Program-made: the position numbers and the translations under genes | In this document: piece after piece, positions 60,904 to 64,000 of the stretch | Layout of the letters: each line of letters opens with the position of its first letter | Position numbering within the stretch: the stretch's first letter is position 1 | The notes under the pieces: model-generated | Seen by the model: the letters and a program-made list of their open reading frames with translations, nothing else | What the model was told of the DNA's origin: nothing | The model's database searches: none | Virus record (IMG/VR): IMGVR_UViG_3300032038_009890 | Coordinates: 128,001-192,000 of that record | Strand: one strand, 5' to 3' | DNA length: 64,000 bases | DNA from: a virus | Taxonomy: Duplodnaviria; Caudoviricetes

Positions 60904-61581
60904 ATGAAAGTATTTGAATTGTCAAAGGAATTTGACGTTACAAATAAAGAAATGATTGACTTTCTTAAAGGGAAGGGATACAAGGTTTCTAGTCATAATC
61001 AAACTTTAACTGATGAGATGATTGACTCCGCCAGAAAGGACTTTATGAAATCTGAGGATGAGAATAAGTCGGTCAAAGAGGAAGAAGTGGCTCCAGTGAA
61101 GAAAACAACTAGAAAAGCTGTTCCTGCTAAGACTGTGAAGCATTTTGAGCCTACGGATATGATTAGGTGTCATAGTGTTTCTCCATGGCCTGTTGTTAAG
61201 CCGGGTGCAAATCAGGTTTATCGTTGGCCATATTTTGGCTATGAAGAGCTTGTTGCGTACCGCGATCTTCAGTCATGGAAGCAATCTCAAACTATTAAAG
61301 GACCTGAGATCATTATTGATGACCCAGATCTTTGCGAGCTTTGGAAAAATGATCTGGATAAGGTTTATAAGATGTATTTTAATGTTTCTTATCCAGAGGA
61401 ATTTTTTGATGTCGAAGATGAGGAATTTGAGGATTTGCTCAAGAAAGCACCAAAGACCTTCCAAGAAGTTATCAAATATACTGCAATGGATATGATTCGT
61501 AACGAGAATTATCCCAGTATTCAAAAGATTAAGATTATTGATGATGTGTTGAAGACTGGCATTATTGAGTTTGTAATTTAA
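60904..61581 (+). CDS. Protein with an IF2-N-terminal-like domain (YonA position)
   Basis: MKVFELSKEFDVTNKEMIDFLK..VSSHNQTL. Confidence 0.7.
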   Translation: MKVFELSKEFDVTNKEMIDFLKGKGYKVSSHNQTLTDEMIDSARKDFMKSEDENKSVKEEEVAPVKKTTRKAVPAKTVKHFEPTDMIRCHSVSPWPVVKPGANQVYRWPYFGYEELVAYRDLQSWKQSQTIKGPEIIIDDPDLCELWKNDLDKVYKMYFNVSYPEEFFDVEDEEFEDLLKKAPKTFQEVIKYTAMDMIRNENYPSIQKIKIIDDVLKTGIIEFVI

Positions 61582-61601
61582 TATTAACGGAGGTGATGTT
61601 T

Positions 61602-62057
61602 ATGACCTCTGAAACCGAAAATATCTTTTCGCGGTTTTATAACCGTGTCGAAGATTACAAAATAGCAGGTTTAGAACAATAGATAGTAGATGAAATGTTG
61701 AGTGGATATTTAAAGACGGCTATATCTTAGCCACGTGTGCGAAGATTATTTAAAAAAATATTCTTTGATCCAGATATAGGAGAAGTTGAATATACTATGT
61801 TAGATGTTTGGGATAACGACACTGATTAGGAATATGTTGAGGAAGTTTTAGCATTTGGTATGGTGTTAGCTTGGATGTCTCCAAGATATTACTCTACTCT
61901 GCTGACTCAATAGGCATTTACTAATAAGGAACAGTCGTTTTATTCTCAAGCAAATCATATGGCTGAAATCAAGAACATGTATGAAAAAGCTAAAATTGAT
62001 TTTAATAAGTATATTCGAGATAGAGGGTATTCGCTCTCTTTAGTTAACGCAGAATGA
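61602..62057 (+). CDS. Head-tail adaptor-like protein (YomZ-like) with four TAGs (61680, 61728, 61827, 61911)
   Basis: GGAGG RBS; LAFGMVLAW, FYSQANH. Confidence 0.7.
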
Positions 62058-62389
62058 TAACAAAATATGGTGAATTACCAGATCATTAGATATCTACCAT
62101 AAAGAAATATCTGCGTTCCAAAATATTTTATTTACTATTATATGTTGACCCAAAAGAATCGATTAAATACCAAGATGTTGATGTTAATAAAGCTTTTAAT
62201 GATATATTTCATCAACTTGTTGGTTTTAATAATATAATGTTTGAGCCACCAGAATTGGTTATAGTGATGAATTATTTAGAAGCCGCACGAACTATTTATA
62301 ATAGCGCGGATTTTGATTTTCATTAGTATCGTAAACTGATCTTGGATGCGGGAAGCAAGATTATGGAAGTGAAAGAAGGTGATTCCTGA
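62054..62389 (+). CDS. Hypothetical protein in the virion module with two TAGs (62087, 62324)
   Basis: Start and stop overlap the neighbouring genes; KIFYLL..YRKLILDA. Confidence 0.65.
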
Positions 62390-62929
62390 TGGCAATCACC
62401 AAAGAAATGTATTCTAAGTTATTAGGAACAAATACTATGGGTAGAGCTAGAAAAGCGGATTCTGATATGGTAATGGCGGAAACTTGGTGGAATGACATTT
62501 AGGCTCAGACGGCCTATTGTTATGATTATTCGCATGATATTGGGGATGAAAGGTTCTTTTTGCGGGACCTGCACCCAGATAGAGATGCGAATAAAACACC
62601 CATTGCCGTAAAGTTTATTCGCCATGAATTGCAGTCTCTTAACAAGGACCCTGTGAGCTTTTGGCTCTAGTTTATGCCGGGGCAAGAATGTAATTTAGAT
62701 TACTATTCGTCTACGCTTGGCAGATATAGGGCTACGTGGCCTGTAGGGTTGTATTTTGATATACGGGCCGAGGATGGAAAGTATAACAAGTGGTTATGTG
62801 TGAATACTGCGAATTATTGGGGAAATCAGTTTCCTACTTATCAGATTCTACCTTGTGATTATGTTTTTTAGTGGATTCATGATGGATATAAGTATGAGTG
62901 TCCGGGAGTACTTAGCTCACAAAATTCGT
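62389..62929 (+). CDS. Head-closure/neck-like gene, exon 1, with three TAGs (62500, 62668, 62869)
   Basis: TWWNDI*..WL*FMP..PVGLY..KWL..ILPCDY..GVLSSQNS, then intron. Confidence 0.65.
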
Positions 62930-64000
62930 AGGTTATGCGCTTTACATTGGAAACAGTGTATCGAAAGTTCCTTAATTTCTGGGAGGACTTTATTGAGGAT
63001 AAAGTTTATCAGAAGCGAAGTCGGATTTATTCGAAACGTTCAACGAGCAAAGTAGGGCAAGTGCCTGAAAATAGGAACCACCTAAGTCGTAAAGATATGG
63101 TGTTGATGTGCTCTAAACTTATAGGTGACTATAAGAAAATCATCTTATTACTTAGGTTATAAGACAGGACAGGGAGTAGCTACCTTTTGTAATGGCCTCT
63201 AACGTTACAATTACTGTCTTTAACATATTATTTTATAGAGGAGGAATAATATATGTATAAAGTTGGCAATAGATTCGAATTTACAAATGAAGAAAAAGAA
63301 CAAATTGTAAAAATGTTTGTAGAACAAGGATTGTCCATGAGAAAAATACAATCGATGTATAATATAGCTAGATCCAATCCAATCGCAAGAGTGTTAGATG
63401 AATATGGTATTGATCATAGTAGAGGAAACTTATCTGCATTTAAACCAAATTTTCCGGATGGAATATATAATAAAAAAGAAGAAAAAAGAGTTATTGATGA
63501 AATCAGCAAAATACCATCAAAAGATCAAAAATATAATATAAATGATAAGTTTTTTGATGATTTGAGAAATCCGACATCAATATATATTATCGGTTTATTA
63601 TATGCTGATGGATGTAATCATAGTGAAACGTCTATTACTCTATCACTTGAAGAATGTGATCATGAAATTTTGGAAACAATAAATCAATTATTGAAAAATG
63701 AAAAACCAGTTACATTTCAAGATAAAAGTAATAAACATGATTTCGGATATGATTATGAAAACCAGTATCAACTGACGATAAATAATAAAAGGATTGCTAA
63801 AGTATTAAGTATACTTGGAGTAGTACCAAGAAAAAGTTTGATATTGGAATTTCCGAAATGGCTTCATCCAAGTATGTACTCGCATTTTATAAGGGGAGTA
63901 TATGACGGAGATGGATCTGTATATAGATATTATAAAGATGGAGTTCCTCGTAACACTACATTGACAATTACATCTACATAGCAGTTTTGTAAAGCAATTA
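62930..64000 (+). ncRNA. Group I intron (5' boundary approximate; runs past the window end)
   Basis: P3 GTTCCT/AGGAAC; AATTTCTGGGA at 62974; ATCAGAAGC at 63008; GTTCAACGAGC at 63038; GATGTGCTCT at 63105 (covarying P7). Confidence 0.75.
63253..64000 (+). CDS. Intron-encoded LAGLIDADG homing endonuclease; TAG at 63979 read through, truncated by the window
   Basis: YIIGLLYADG and HFIRGVYDGDG motifs, PRKSL. Confidence 0.85.

Noticed and set aside
52478-62929. Structural genes as pseudogenes of a decayed prophage
   Set aside because: Every interruption is an in-frame TAG with no frameshifts or TAA/TGA, several fall at conserved Gln positions, and a CUA tRNA is present.

Overview
This window is part of a large SPbeta-like phage or prophage, probably of a Firmicutes (Clostridia-type) host, that reads TAG as a sense codon (most likely Gln, genetic code 15). 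Left arm (1-23.2 kb, minus strand): tRNAs, an SPbeta yopP/yopQ/yopR(MrpR)-like lysogeny module, a tandem array of eight DnaA boxes beside an AT-rich tract, a DUF262 gene, and about 35 small early genes. These early genes are driven by ten near-identical sigmaA promoters, several followed by rrn-type boxA elements. The GC-rich 18.6-22.8 kb part is punctuated by six intergenic tRNA-like acceptor-stem plus T-arm minihelices. Right arm (23.7-64 kb, plus strand): paralog arrays, helicase-like and radical-SAM genes, a tnpB element, a YonO-type RNA polymerase split by a group I intron, HU, PhoH, ClpP, YonK/YonJ-like genes, a tRNA/ncRNA region, and then the terminase-portal-capsid-neck operon. The long middle genes (27-48 kb) contain no in-frame TAG, while almost every gene after 48.8 kb does; I counted 33 in-frame TAGs in total. 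The key observation is an amber-suppressor tRNA at 49847-50131 whose CUA anticodon is formed only after a 197-nt group I intron between U35 and A36 is spliced out. This suggests a splicing-gated genetic-code switch controlling the late genes. Family assignments come from recognised motifs and recalled SPbeta gene order, not from database searches.
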